Below are positions 48,797-60,292 of a stretch of DNA of 64,000 bases, in pieces. How positions within the stretch are numbered: the first letter of the stretch is position 1; every line of letters begins with the position of its first letter. Source of the stretch: Alloascoidea hylecoeti (lineage: Eukaryota); the NCBI GenBank assembly GCA_001600815.1, contig BCKZ01000002.1, positions 124,001-188,000 on the forward strand, read 5' to 3'. The notes under the pieces are model-generated. The model had not been told where the DNA came from and did no database searches. It saw only the letters and a list, made by a program, of their open reading frames with translations. The translations under genes were made by a program, and so were the position numbers.

Positions 48797-51118
48797 TTAC
48801 ACATTATCTATAACTAAGCTACTTAATTCTTGGATTATATCCTTAACTTCATCGTCCTCTTTCAGAAATTCACCTACAATGCCTTGTAATCCTTGTTTCA
48901 ATCCTAATTCATTGAGTTCTTCAACAACATTCAGTGTTTTTGTAGCATATGTAATAACATTGACCAAAATGACCCCAGCTCTTGCGATTAATTCATCTTC
49001 CTCGCCTTCAGTGATCAATCTAACAAGAACCTTCAAAAGCTTTTTATGTTTCGCTAAGATATCACCAGAGAGATCGTATTCAGAGAGAATTGCAATTGCA
49101 CCCAATGCTGCCCGGGCTGCGTTATAATCTTCTAAATCAGTCAGCAAAGTCAGTACCTCTAATCTACTTTTAGCGGCGTTTGAATTGTCGAGGTATTTAG
49201 CGACGCATTCTGGACTTAACATTAAATTACAAACGAGTTCAATCGATCCCCGTTGGACTAATTCATTTGGAGAAAGCATCAACGGTTCAATGAAAACAAA
49301 TCCACTTCTAACAATATGTTCTCGACAAGTTTGATCAATTGATGCCAAATTTGTTAGGGCTAGCAATGCTTCAAAAGCATCAAGTAAAGGTACAGTTGTG
49401 TGTGTATTATTTGAGACATCTAATTGAATTATCAATGGTTCGATTGCATCTGATGGAGATACTTTTGCCACCATAGCCAAAGATGGATCAACAGATATCA
49501 ATATCTTAGCAAGACCTCGGATTCCAATTCTCCGAAATTCATCATCAATTGTTTTAGATCTAATAATTGATAATATGACCCATAAAGCGCCTTGTTTAAC
49601 TAACTCGGCTCTCAAAGTTTTATCTGTGGATAAAGATGTCACAAGTTGTAACGATTGACTCTTACAACTATTTGAAAGGGAGCCCAATTTATCAGAGACT
49701 ATTTTGATAATCTGTGAATGTACAAGAAGTTTCCTGTTGAAAGTTTCAACGTCTTTATCATTATCTTTCATTACTTGCTTATCGTTACGCTTTTTAAGGT
49801 CCGAATAATTTTTTAATGATTGCATTGATTCAGCTTCTTCCGAAACAATTGGATTGTATCTTGAAACATTAGATAAAGTTGTTAAGACCCCATATAACAA
49901 GACAGTATCATCTTTTTTCTTTAAAAATGTTATCAAAATGTCAAATAGTTTAGAATCTTTCCTTAATAATTGTCGAATCTGAATCTGAAGAGAAGCATAA
50001 GCTAACCCTTCCACTGAGTATTTCACAATGTCTGAAGAAGAATCTGAAGTTCCAATTTGCTCAATTGTATGTATATCCTTCCTTTCTCTGATGAAATCAA
50101 TAAGGAACTCACAAATTTCCTTAATTGTAATTGGAAGAGTAACTTCTTGGGTCTCGGTGTTAATTTCCTTCCATAATTTAATTAAAATTAAGCACGTTAA
50201 ACTTCTGATCAAATCACTCCCATTATCTAAGCCAAATAAAAGTAATTTGAAATATTTTGAGATTATGACATTTCGACATGCTGTTTCGCCACAACTACTT
50301 GAAATGAATTCCAAAGCAGAAACAGTTAATTTGAATGAATATACTGTTCTCTCGAGACTTAAATTAAGCATGAAATTTTGATTAAAAATTGAAGTTGCTA
50401 AATGTGATGATAATGACCAAAGTCTAGTTAAAAAAATAAATGCAATAATTAATGAATCATCTGATCCTTCAATTATCAAATTTTCAATTTCAGAAGTAAT
50501 TATTTGGCCTGATGTTTCTTGATCGTCTTTTAATAAAATTGCAATAACCATAATGACTCTAGCCATTTGTTGTTGTGGTAGATCAATATAACTTATAAGA
50601 ACTGATATTAATAATTCTTTGGTGTCTTTATTGATTGATTTTGCCCCAGAAGCTGCTTTATTTAATAATTTTAAGTAATCATTTGTAGATTCATAAAATT
50701 TATCATCATTTTCCGTTGTTGATTTATGTTCTTTAAGTTTTTTGTGAGTTGATTTTAACAATCTTGCTAAATATTTGATAATTTGATCTAGTTGATTTAC
50801 AGGTATGTCGTTTAAATGCGCGCCAAAATAATCAATCCATTTTTTATTAACATCAACCAGAAAAGGGATCGTTGTTTTATGATGATCCACTAAGTATGTT
50901 CTGAAGTACCTCTTAACATCTTCTAGAGGACTGGAGACTACGAAAGAAAAGAATTTTGAAACAAGTGAAAGATTTAAATCAGTTACAGATGACGTAAATA
51001 CTGAGTTAACTGTGTTAATTAACTCATCTTTCGATGGGCCTGGTGGGTTTTTAAGAATATCATCAAGTGAAGTGTCTGATGCAGACTTATCTTTCAAAAT
51101 TGTGAAGATGGTTGTCAT
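48797..51118 (-). CDS. SHE4: UCS-domain myosin chaperone She4/Unc-45
   Basis: YSVEGLAYASL, RAELVKQGA, LAKILISVDP, FEALLALTNLAS and ELVCNLM are UCS motifs. Adjacent to AKR, as in S. cerevisiae (AKR2-SHE4). Confidence 0.9.
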   Translation of the reverse strand: MTTIFTILKDKSASDTSLDDILKNPPGPSKDELINTVNSVFTSSVTDLNLSLVSKFFSFVVSSPLEDVKRYFRTYLVDHHKTTIPFLVDVNKKWIDYFGAHLNDIPVNQLDQIIKYLARLLKSTHKKLKEHKSTTENDDKFYESTNDYLKLLNKAASGAKSINKDTKELLISVLISYIDLPQQQMARVIMVIAILLKDDQETSGQIITSEIENLIIEGSDDSLIIAFIFLTRLWSLSSHLATSIFNQNFMLNLSLERTVYSFKLTVSALEFISSSCGETACRNVIISKYFKLLLFGLDNGSDLIRSLTCLILIKLWKEINTETQEVTLPITIKEICEFLIDFIRERKDIHTIEQIGTSDSSSDIVKYSVEGLAYASLQIQIRQLLRKDSKLFDILITFLKKKDDTVLLYGVLTTLSNVSRYNPIVSEEAESMQSLKNYSDLKKRNDKQVMKDNDKDVETFNRKLLVHSQIIKIVSDKLGSLSNSCKSQSLQLVTSLSTDKTLRAELVKQGALWVILSIIRSKTIDDEFRRIGIRGLAKILISVDPSLAMVAKVSPSDAIEPLIIQLDVSNNTHTTVPLLDAFEALLALTNLASIDQTCREHIVRSGFVFIEPLMLSPNELVQRGSIELVCNLMLSPECVAKYLDNSNAAKSRLEVLTLLTDLEDYNAARAALGAIAILSEYDLSGDILAKHKKLLKVLVRLITEGEEDELIARAGVILVNVITYATKTLNVVEELNELGLKQGLQGIVGEFLKEDDEVKDIIQELSSLVIDNV

Positions 51119-51284
51119 TACTTAAGGAGTCAAAGAAGGAATGATGTATTAGGTGAAAAAATTATGGTGTGGAAAATTAAAAAATCAAAAAATCAAAATA
51201 TTAAAATCGTCAACTACAAATCCCTAACAAGTTCATTTTAAGATAATATACACTTGAAAAACTATTTATGAATATATAGGCTCA

Positions 51285-52168
51285 TTATTTCTTATCCTTT
51301 GCTTTATTCATTAATGTTGTACAATCAGGGCAATACCAAACGCCTTTAGGAGGCTCCTTTAGCCCCACACAATCATAATGAAACCATTCATATTTACAAT
51401 TATCATTATCACATCCAACCATATTACCAAAAGATCCCTGTTGACAAAAGCAATAAAGTGTTTCGCCTTCTGCGTCTTGAGATTGTGAGCTCTTGTCCTC
51501 GGCTTTTGTTACCGCAGGTACTTGTGCAGTCTTTTCGTCGTAAACAGGAGTATTAGTATGCGAATATACTTTTTGCCGTTTGGTAGTCCGTGAAGATGCG
51601 ACTGTTTGTCCTGAAGGAGTAGAAGCTCTTGATGGTGTATGTTGTCGTTTTAAATGCCCCGTGTTTGAATATGATGAAGACCCTGATGGACCTACCCGTC
51701 GCATAGACGTCGTACGTGTTGAAGGTTGGTAGTTGTGGCCTTCAGGTAATGAGGCAAGTACACCTTCATTTTCTAATGACTTTATATTATTTTCCAATCG
51801 AGCGAGATGTTTTGCAACTAAGAATAACGCAGTATTCGCCAACACACATTTTTCTTCTTGTATGATTTTTGCCTTCTCAAAATCCGCCGCTATCTTTGGA
51901 TATGCTTGTGCTTCTTTAGGATTCTCTGCTAGTGAGCCATTCGTTCGTATAAATTTATGGATTTGATTGTCCATTTGCTGTATTCGTTTACGTGTTTCAT
52001 AGCATGTGATGTCCTTTTCTCGTAGTTCTTCTAAGAGATGGGTTACCTCAGCTAGGAGGTTAGAATCTGAAAAGTTAAAAAGGTTAGCATCTGGAAAATC
52101 TGATTTAAGTAAAAGTTGGCTTACTTACTATCCTGAACGTATTGTTCTAATAGCGAGGCGGCGTCCAT
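51285..52168 (-). CDS. YNG2: ING-family PHD protein, NuA4 subunit Yng2, 2 exons: 52168-52129 and 52066-51285
   Basis: [32 protein letters not shown]...[11 protein letters not shown] (ING domain) and [36 protein letters not shown]...WYC. Confidence 0.92.
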
Positions 52169-53929
52169 TTTTGTGATGTGAGAGAAGAAAGAAGTTGCGC
52201 ACGTGCGCATAGTTGGGTTAACGTTTCTTAGTGGAAGGTTAGTACGATGAGAAGAACAACATAATATCGTGGAAATATCGAACAATATTAGCATACTACT
52301 GTAGTAGAGTGATAAAAATTACTTACCAACTTACTATTCGCATTCAATTAGATACATATAGAATCACATAGAAGGATTTTTTTAACTTCAATTAAAATAT
52401 CTAAACAATTTAAATCTTCTAACTAAACATTAAATGAAAATGAATTATTAAATTGAGGAAATCACTCCAAGAGTGTAAAACCTTCGCTTCTTCTTTATTT
52501 CTCTTTTATTTTCTCTTTCTGTTTTCTCATATTCATTGTATCTCTTTATCTTAGAGGAAAATATAATGAAATTAATCAAGAGATTTTTTTTAACTTTTCA
52601 TATATTATATAACTAGAAACTATGTAAATTCTAACAAATTTTCATCTTTTAATTCCGGAATTAACTGCATCCATTTGTTTTTTTATAATTTTGTTTTTAT
52701 TACACCACTTCTGGCTTATTGATTTAATCGAGTATTTGGATATGTTTTCTTCTTCCATGTCTTTTATTCTTTTTTCGATATCTTCTCCTGCTGGGATTTC
52801 CACCAGTTTTTGTAACGCTTCATTTGTCGGTTTTGGTACCGTTTCAGTAGTTGCTATATTTCTTATTTTTGTGTTATTTATTATGATTCTCCACGCTTTC
52901 AAGTATGTAATTAATCTCCCTTTAAACTTATTGTTCGGATTTACTGGAATAACCGAGTTTAAGCTTAGGTTGGCATTATTTAATAAATCACCTATCAAGA
53001 TATTATACTAGTGAAAATGCAACTCTGTATGATTATCTTTTGAGTTCACCTGATTTCTACTTACTGTTTCCTTTAATGCTGTTGCTATATGTTAAAGTTC
53101 AAAGTGCCTGTTCTCCCAGTTGCGCCAAAAAGCCAATCGACTCTTTAGTGAACTGTTCTAAGAGTGTAATATATCCAACACTATATTTTCCAAGAATTCT
53201 CGCATATTGAAGTTCTAGCTCATAGGTAATTAAATCACCTGTCATACCAGTCTTGATGGGTTCAAGTACGAAAGGAAATTTTACAATACTTGGAACAATT
53301 TGGAAATATCGTTAAAATATTTGATAAGGCTTATCTTGAAAAGGCAAAAGAAAAAAAAAACACCTATTGTTTGTTACAACAGAAAAGAGTATAATGGCGA
53401 TAAAAATATACATACTACTTGAATCCGGCAAGGATGAAATCCCGAAAAGAAACCTGGATATCAAGGAGGGAGTTGCGAACTAGAAATGTAAAGTAACAAA
53501 TGGAATATGTAAAGGAACAATCATGACATCGTCATTATTTTGGGTGTTCCTTTGGTTATCATTTCGCGAGTAGATTTAACATTTCTTGGATGCATTTTTG
53601 TAGTTCCTGAAAAACATTCCACAGTTCTTGAACTAGCCAGTTCGGGGATATATACAATTGTATTTCATTCTTACCGCACATTTAATATCTTATTATGTTT
53701 ATTACTTCTAAGACTGTTCCTATTAATAGCTTTTGGATTTATCTATATAAACGTAAGATAAATCCCACTTTAAAGGGGAGGAGGTTAGCTTTAATACACT
53801 TTTCCTGTTTAGATCTTGATCCTCGTCTGTATCTGATTCCGCCAGTTTTATTTTTAACTTTTCATATATTTTACATCTATTGTACGCTATTAAGTTATTA
53901 GTATCTTACTTTACAGAATAAAGAAAATC

Positions 53930-54001
53930 GGGTGGTTAGTGTAGTGGTTATCATACCTGCCTTCCAAGCAAGTGACGGGTGTTCGATTCCCCCACCACTC
54001 A
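53930..54001 (+). tRNA. tRNA-Gly (anticodon TCC), with two stem mismatches
   Basis: GGGTGGTTAGTGTAGTGGTTATCAT...CTTCCAA...GTTCGATT...ACCACTCA folds as a cloverleaf, with acceptor GGGTGGT/ACCACTC, A and B boxes and a downstream T-run. It closely resembles yeast tG(UCC). Confidence 0.88.
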
Positions 54002-54295
54002 TAGTTTTTGTTGTTTAAGTTTTGGGCCTAATATAATTAAGTAAAAAAAATATATATAAAGTAATGTATGGAAAAAAAAGAAAAGGCCACAAGCTTTACA
54101 ACTATTTTAGATGGAAGAAAAAATGTGCTTCGCCTGATCCTCTTCTGTTTTTCTCTTCGTAAGGACCAGTTTTTGTTTATACTTGCAACTGATAATTCTA
54201 AAAGCTGTAGCAGGTAAAAGCAATTGCAACCACCGCACAACTGACTTTTCAGGACAACCTCTCTTCTTCTATAACAGGCAACGCTCTCTTGCTCT

Positions 54296-57200
54296 ATGAC
54301 CACGCCGCTTACTCCGTCCCCCCAGAGTGACACGCCTATGGAGGTGGCTGTAGCCCCTGCGCCCATCCAGAGCCCACCTCCCTCGTCTGTGGAGGGGTTG
54401 TCTGCCAGTCCTGGCTCAACCATAAAGGGAAAAATGAAATTCAAATCACAGTCTTTGAATAGTCTGTTTAGACAACAGATCACAAATCAAACTTCTACTC
54501 TAACAAACTCTACAAATAAAGGTATAATGACAAAATTGCTGCTCATTCTTGAGTCACTTGTATAATTATAATTATCTATAAGCTAACCAATGTGTATAGT
54601 ATCTCCTAAGGTAAACACAGCCTCACTTTCTACTTCGAAGAAGCAAGTCAAAACTATCACAAGTTCAAATGCCACCTTGAAAATCATGCCTCTTCAAAGA
54701 TCCTCGGGATCTTCTTCCCCGTCTAACGTTAATACTAATGCTGAACAAAATGAGGTTAAGTCAGCTTGGAAATTACCTACTACAGTCGAGAAAGATACAA
54801 AAGAGGAGAACCTCGAGAAAGTAAACAAATTGGACATTATAAAAACCACGACTCTCCACACAAACGAATCAGTCGCACCCAAAGATATCAACGTCACTGG
54901 AAATTTAAATGTAACAGAGGAAGAACTCGTTAAAAAAGGTATCGTTCTCGCACATAGACTAGATCCATCGTCCATTCATAGACGATCTTTCAATTGGGAT
55001 GAAGATGACGATGATATATTACCAGTACTTTCCCCTATTATTTCCACTTCTGTCCCAAATACAGAAAAGCCATCTATCCCTTCACCCTCAATCACGCCAA
55101 ATCAAAGCATTCCTTCAACAAATGGCGACCCCAAAGAGCGTCAAGCAAGGGCAATACTGAAAAAGGATCACCCTAATATACCACAGTTCAAACCGTTACA
55201 ACCTCCTCAACAGTCAGCATGGCTGACCCCTTTAATATCTCAAGTTGACTCTTCAGACATCTCCAATAAGTCTTTGGCGCAACACAAACCAAATAATACT
55301 TCTCACTCTTCTAGAGGCTCTGTTGGATCCATTAGATCCCAGTATCAGCAACCCAATTATCCACAGTATGCTTATGCTGATTCTGATAATCGGTATGGGA
55401 ATAGCAATCCTGCACCAAGACAAGAATTGTTCAACTATCAAACTGGTAAATTTGAAGCCGCAGATAAGAAACCTACTCCATTCATGCGAGTTTCAGGCAA
55501 TTCTAATTCAAGACATAGGCATAATTCAAACTCAACTGACAAGGCCGAACATGATGATGTTTCAAACCCAAGATCTAGGCGATCAAGTGGGGCATTGGAG
55601 CGAGATCGAGACCAATTTCGTCGACAGAACAAAGATATAGACAGAAATAGAAGTAATAGCAGAGAGCCGAGAAATTATCATTCACAACAACAACAGCAAA
55701 TTCCCTCTAATTCTAAAAGCCCTACTACTGCTTCTGAAATTTTAAAACATCATGATGAAATGATGCGACAAGGTTTAGAGAAAGCAAGAGCACGGATAGA
55801 AGAAGAAAGACGCAAAGAGCGTGAGCGTGAAGAGGAATCTCGGAAGAAAACCAATGCTTTGGCAGCTAAATTAGATTTAGGTCAAAAACTAAAAGAGGAA
55901 AATGCAAAGAAAGAAAAACCAATTGAAAAACAGAATAAAGAGCAGGCACAAAAACCATCTCGTTCGTCTGTTATAGATCCTAGTGGATCAAGAAAAGAAT
56001 CTGAGTTTAATGAACATATTCCCCGATTAATAGGCGATATTGGAAATGGCCGAAACTCTAGGCAGCTTGCTGATATATCATCCTCCAGATCATCATCTAA
56101 TTCTAATATATGGGGGGACTCTAATGGGATATTATGGAATCATCAAGGTGCTTCAAGTCGAAGTGACCCTGGTCTTTGGTCTTCAATCGACACAATGAAT
56201 AATCGTATTAGGCCATCTGAGCCTTCAAATATACAAGCTCATAATTCTTCCAATCCGATGAAAACAAATATTCTTTCAAAAGATCCTGAACAGCAGGCTC
56301 CACAACCGAAGCAGACGCGTACTCAAGATCAAGGACCTGCTCAACCCTTATCGTCTATAGTATCGGTATCTACAACTAAATCTGCCGCAGATGTTATATC
56401 ATTGGGCCCAGATACTGGCAATGATGGAAGCCTTTTATTCTCGTCTTGGCCTGATATTGGAGCAGGTGTAGCTCAACATTTATGGAAAAAAGAATCATCA
56501 GTTACAACATCAAATAAAACAAGAATTCTGGAACAAAGACCGGAAATTATTCCTACACAAAGAGCGACATCAGCAACGACATCTAATAGTTCTATTGCAC
56601 TTGTTTCGTCTTCACCTGAACTAGAATCGAATCTACAAACTTCACGTGGACATTCAAGATTTTTCCCTTCTCCAAAAGTTGACAGAACTAATAAGCGAGT
56701 CTTCAGTAACGAATCTGATAATTTTAATGGCTATAAGTTGCCTGATCGTATTAATAATAACGCTTACAAACTTGGAAATTTAGATTCGAATCAATTAAAA
56801 ACACGAACTTCTAATTTATTCTCCCAGGATAATGCTACTGAAAGGGTAGGAGAGTATCAATATTCGCAACCCTCAGATATATTTTTAAATTCTCACTATA
56901 AATCTATCACAAGACCTCCTATACAATTACCAGTTGTTTTGGAAAAAGGGAAACAGGCTTCTAATGATTTGCTTGATTCTGTACCTATAAAGGTCAATCT
57001 ATCGTTTATAGAAACGGAAGGTAATGACCAACGCAAACAAAAACTCGCTAGGAATATCGAAAAAAACAAAGATGCGAAATTTGATGTCATTTCTATTTCA
57101 TTACCCACACCAAAGCAACCTATAGTGTCGACCATAAAAAACTCACAATCTACCAATGATAATATCAATGAGAACAATAGTAAAGGAAATAAAAATAATC

Positions 57201-57748
57201 AACCAAACATGTTAGACTCTGAAAATAAATCTAAAGGTGAACTTATTACTCGATCATTTAATGGTGATGATCTAATTCTATCAAGTTTATCAAAAGAAAC
57301 ATCTCCTAAATTATCGTTTCCCAAAGGTTTTAATTATGATGTGAATTCAAACTTAGACCCTGAAATATTTTTACAACATTTATTAAAGGTAAATGCCAAA
57401 CTTATTTATCCTATCGGATTTTCTAATACTGCCTTTATTTTCGGGGAAAATGGTTTAAAATTTCAAAGAGAGAAAACTTTGAAATTGAGCAGAAATCAAG
57501 TTAGTGTGATATTAAATTTTGATAATAAACAAGAATCTGAGAAAATAGTAATATCATTGAAGGAAGGAAATGTTTCGATATTTTCTGGTCTGAAACATAA
57601 TGGAAATGAAAAGGATCTAGGAAGAGAAAGACAGAAAGAGAGAGAATTTAAAAATCATCGTGATCATCGTGGTTATAGTGGTAATAGATTAAATCGCCCA
57701 ATATCAAGAACAAGATCTAGATCGAGAGTTCATAAGCTTAATTACTAA
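54296..57748 (+). CDS. Large low-complexity protein, PRRC2/BAT2-like, 2 exons: 54296-54521 and 54600-57748
   Basis: A phase-1 intron (54522-54599, GTATAA..GCTAAC..TAG) joins two ORFs. Motifs KFKSQSLN, NWDEDDDD, ELFNYQTGKFE and the charged helix EKARARIEEERRKERE..ALAAKL. Confidence 0.7.
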
Positions 57749-58184
57749 ATCGACAATCGTCATTAAAAATTTATTATGAGGATATCAAATAATATGCCTA
57801 TTATATTTTATTGTGAAGTCAATGAGATTTGGATCTTATATGATATTATCTTTGTATGATCAAAATTATTATTCTTACATAAAACTAGCTATTTTCTATT
57901 AACAATATGCTGGAGGGTTATGTATATTATATACCCTATAATAATAATTAAATATGATATGAAAGCAAATTGATGATAATGAAATAACCTAATTTAGTCT
58001 GTGGTAACAAAAAGACATAGATAGATCCGCAATAAATATATAAGTTTATACAACGAACATTTTAATTAATATTTACCTTTAATATAGCAAGGAAGTCAAA
58101 TATATAAATGCAATGTCCTAATGTATAGTTACTCAATGATGTAGTATAATAACTTAATGATGTAATAGTAATGTAATTTTAAAA

Positions 58185-59803
58185 TTAATCGATAATCATA
58201 ACAAGAGCTGTTGCATCATCTGGTTTACCCCCACAAAATCTTTGTAGGGTTCTTGCCTGTAGTTCTTTAGAAAAGGGAGAAAAGGCATATGGATCAACAC
58301 TAACATTATGTGCTTCGCGAACTATTGTATCAGCAATGTTTGAAGCGATAAATTGATTTAACGTTTCGTATTGTGGTGGGCCAACAATTTTAGGGTCGGA
58401 TTTTTGATGCTCCTTATGGTATCTTTTAAAGTTTCTCTCCGATGTCTTCAACACTTGGCGGACCGATTTCAATATATCATAAGATGATAAGTTATCCGAT
58501 ATACCATCTGTGCCAAATATCACTATATCACCTCTTTTCAATTGGACATGATATTCTTGTGCATCTGAAGGTTTATCATCGATATAAGTAGCATCTGGAG
58601 TTGGTACCGTTGATGATCGTGTTTCAGATTCCAATTGCTTATCTTCTGAAGCCTGTGTAATACCTTCTTCAAATACTTCTGGAGGGATAATAGCTAATTG
58701 ATATGGTGTATTGAAACAGTGCACTTGTTGTTCGGACTGTATAAAGTAACCATTATTTCTAATGACAGAGAAGAAAGAATCGCCTAGATTTGCAATAGAA
58801 AGTAAGCCATCCTTGGAGGCTGTACCAACACATGCTGTAGTACCACCAGCCTGGATTATCTTTTCATGTTTTATTTCTTTGTATGCTTTGATTATTAGAG
58901 ATTTTGCCTCTAAAATGTTTGTTTGAGTGGGTGGATTATTTTTCGGGTAAACGGAATCTACCTCATGTTCCGAACCTATGGAACTGAATGAAGTGGACCT
59001 TGAATGTGAGTCATGTTCCTTTAAAGATAATGAAGAATCGCTTGACAGACTGGAAGTTGAAGAAGTACTTAACCTTCGAGGTTGGTCGTCTAAGGAGTTA
59101 TGTGATGGATTTGGTTTAGAGGAATGATTATCATGGTCTCTCATCTGTGATTCAAGTGCAAATTTTCTCATTTTTTCACATAAAGCGTAACTAAAGTCCA
59201 TAGAAGTGTAACCTAGGTCTGCCCATCCGCCAACACCATCGGCCTATATAAAAGGGTTAGCCGGTATGAATTTAGCATAAGGGAATATCATTAGTACTTA
59301 CCACACCAAGAGCGACTCCTTCCACAGATCCATCTTTATTTGGGATAACAGCAGTGAAGAAAGAGTCCTCGCCTGAATTCGGTCTTTCGGTATCATCATT
59401 GATTTTGCTGGATCTCCTTTTAGCCCAGAAGGAGCCAGCTATTGTGTAGGAAAACTCGTCATGGTCTGGAGTCAGAGATTTTGGATTTGTTGGAGCGGGA
59501 GAGGGAGCTCTGGAGGTTATCGAAGGGATTTCAGTGAATGAATCGGTAGTTTCAGTAGTATCGGAAATAGAGGCTTTCAAATTTGGAGGAGAGTCAGGGC
59601 GATCTTGAGAGGAGGGCATGGTTAGGACGGTTAACGTTGGTAAGACTTATTAGATGGGTAGCAACTAATATATAAGACAACTTACGAGAGAAGAGTTTGC
59701 GAGTCAAGAAAGGAAGGGATTTCATTCTCAGGTTGGAACAAAGAGAAGAGTGGGCAGCAGAGGGCAGCCAGGCTGTATAAAAGGCTGCTCTGAACAAAGA
59801 CAT
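58185..59803 (-). CDS. PTC7: Ptc7-family type 2C protein phosphatase, 3 exons: 59803-59686, 59603-59302, 59243-58185
   Basis: SGEDSFF, GV|ADGVGGW, GGTTAC, ANLGDS, HCFNTPYQL, GTDGISDN and GGKPDD. Intron 2 is GTAAGT..TAG (phase 0). Intron 1 is GTAAGT..CCTAAC..AAG (phase 1) and joins a presequence-like exon. Confidence 0.88.
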
Positions 59804-60262
59804 TGCTGGTGAAAACACAATAAAAATAACAGTACCAGTGCTTGATGCTTGATGAGGCTACCTGCCCGGAAAAACTATCTTCTGTGCAGACAAATTGTTC
59901 CGCAGTATGTCTGACGCCACTCCGCTTATATAATTATGTCTCCTCCTGCCGTTGCCGCGGTGACTGCCTGAAATGGACGTGCGTGTAGGCCTAGACTTCC
60001 TGTTCTAGCCACTCTATGCATATGTACATAATTGCAACTTGAAATTTATCCTTGCTGCATATTATTGCAATCGGTAACGACGGCTGTTTCTTCCCTTGTT
60101 CTTACATAAATTTAAGTGTGCCATGAATGAGCGACTGAATTTATATAGCCAGATAATTAATGATAATGAGGTGATTGTCCAGCGCTCAAGCCAAACTACT
60201 CTTCAAACCTCACTCTATTTTCTTTTGTTCCTCCTTGGTGAGTTAAAGAAGCATTGACCAGG

Positions 60263-60292
60263 AACCTAAACCTAAACCTAAACTTAAACTTA
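60263..60292. repeat. Hexamer tandem (AACCTA)3(AACTTA)2
   Basis: Seen directly in the long non-coding stretch. Confidence 0.85.

Noticed and set aside
60263..60292. Interstitial telomere seed
   Set aside because: Only three perfect hexamers, and the species' telomere unit is unknown. Kept as a simple repeat.
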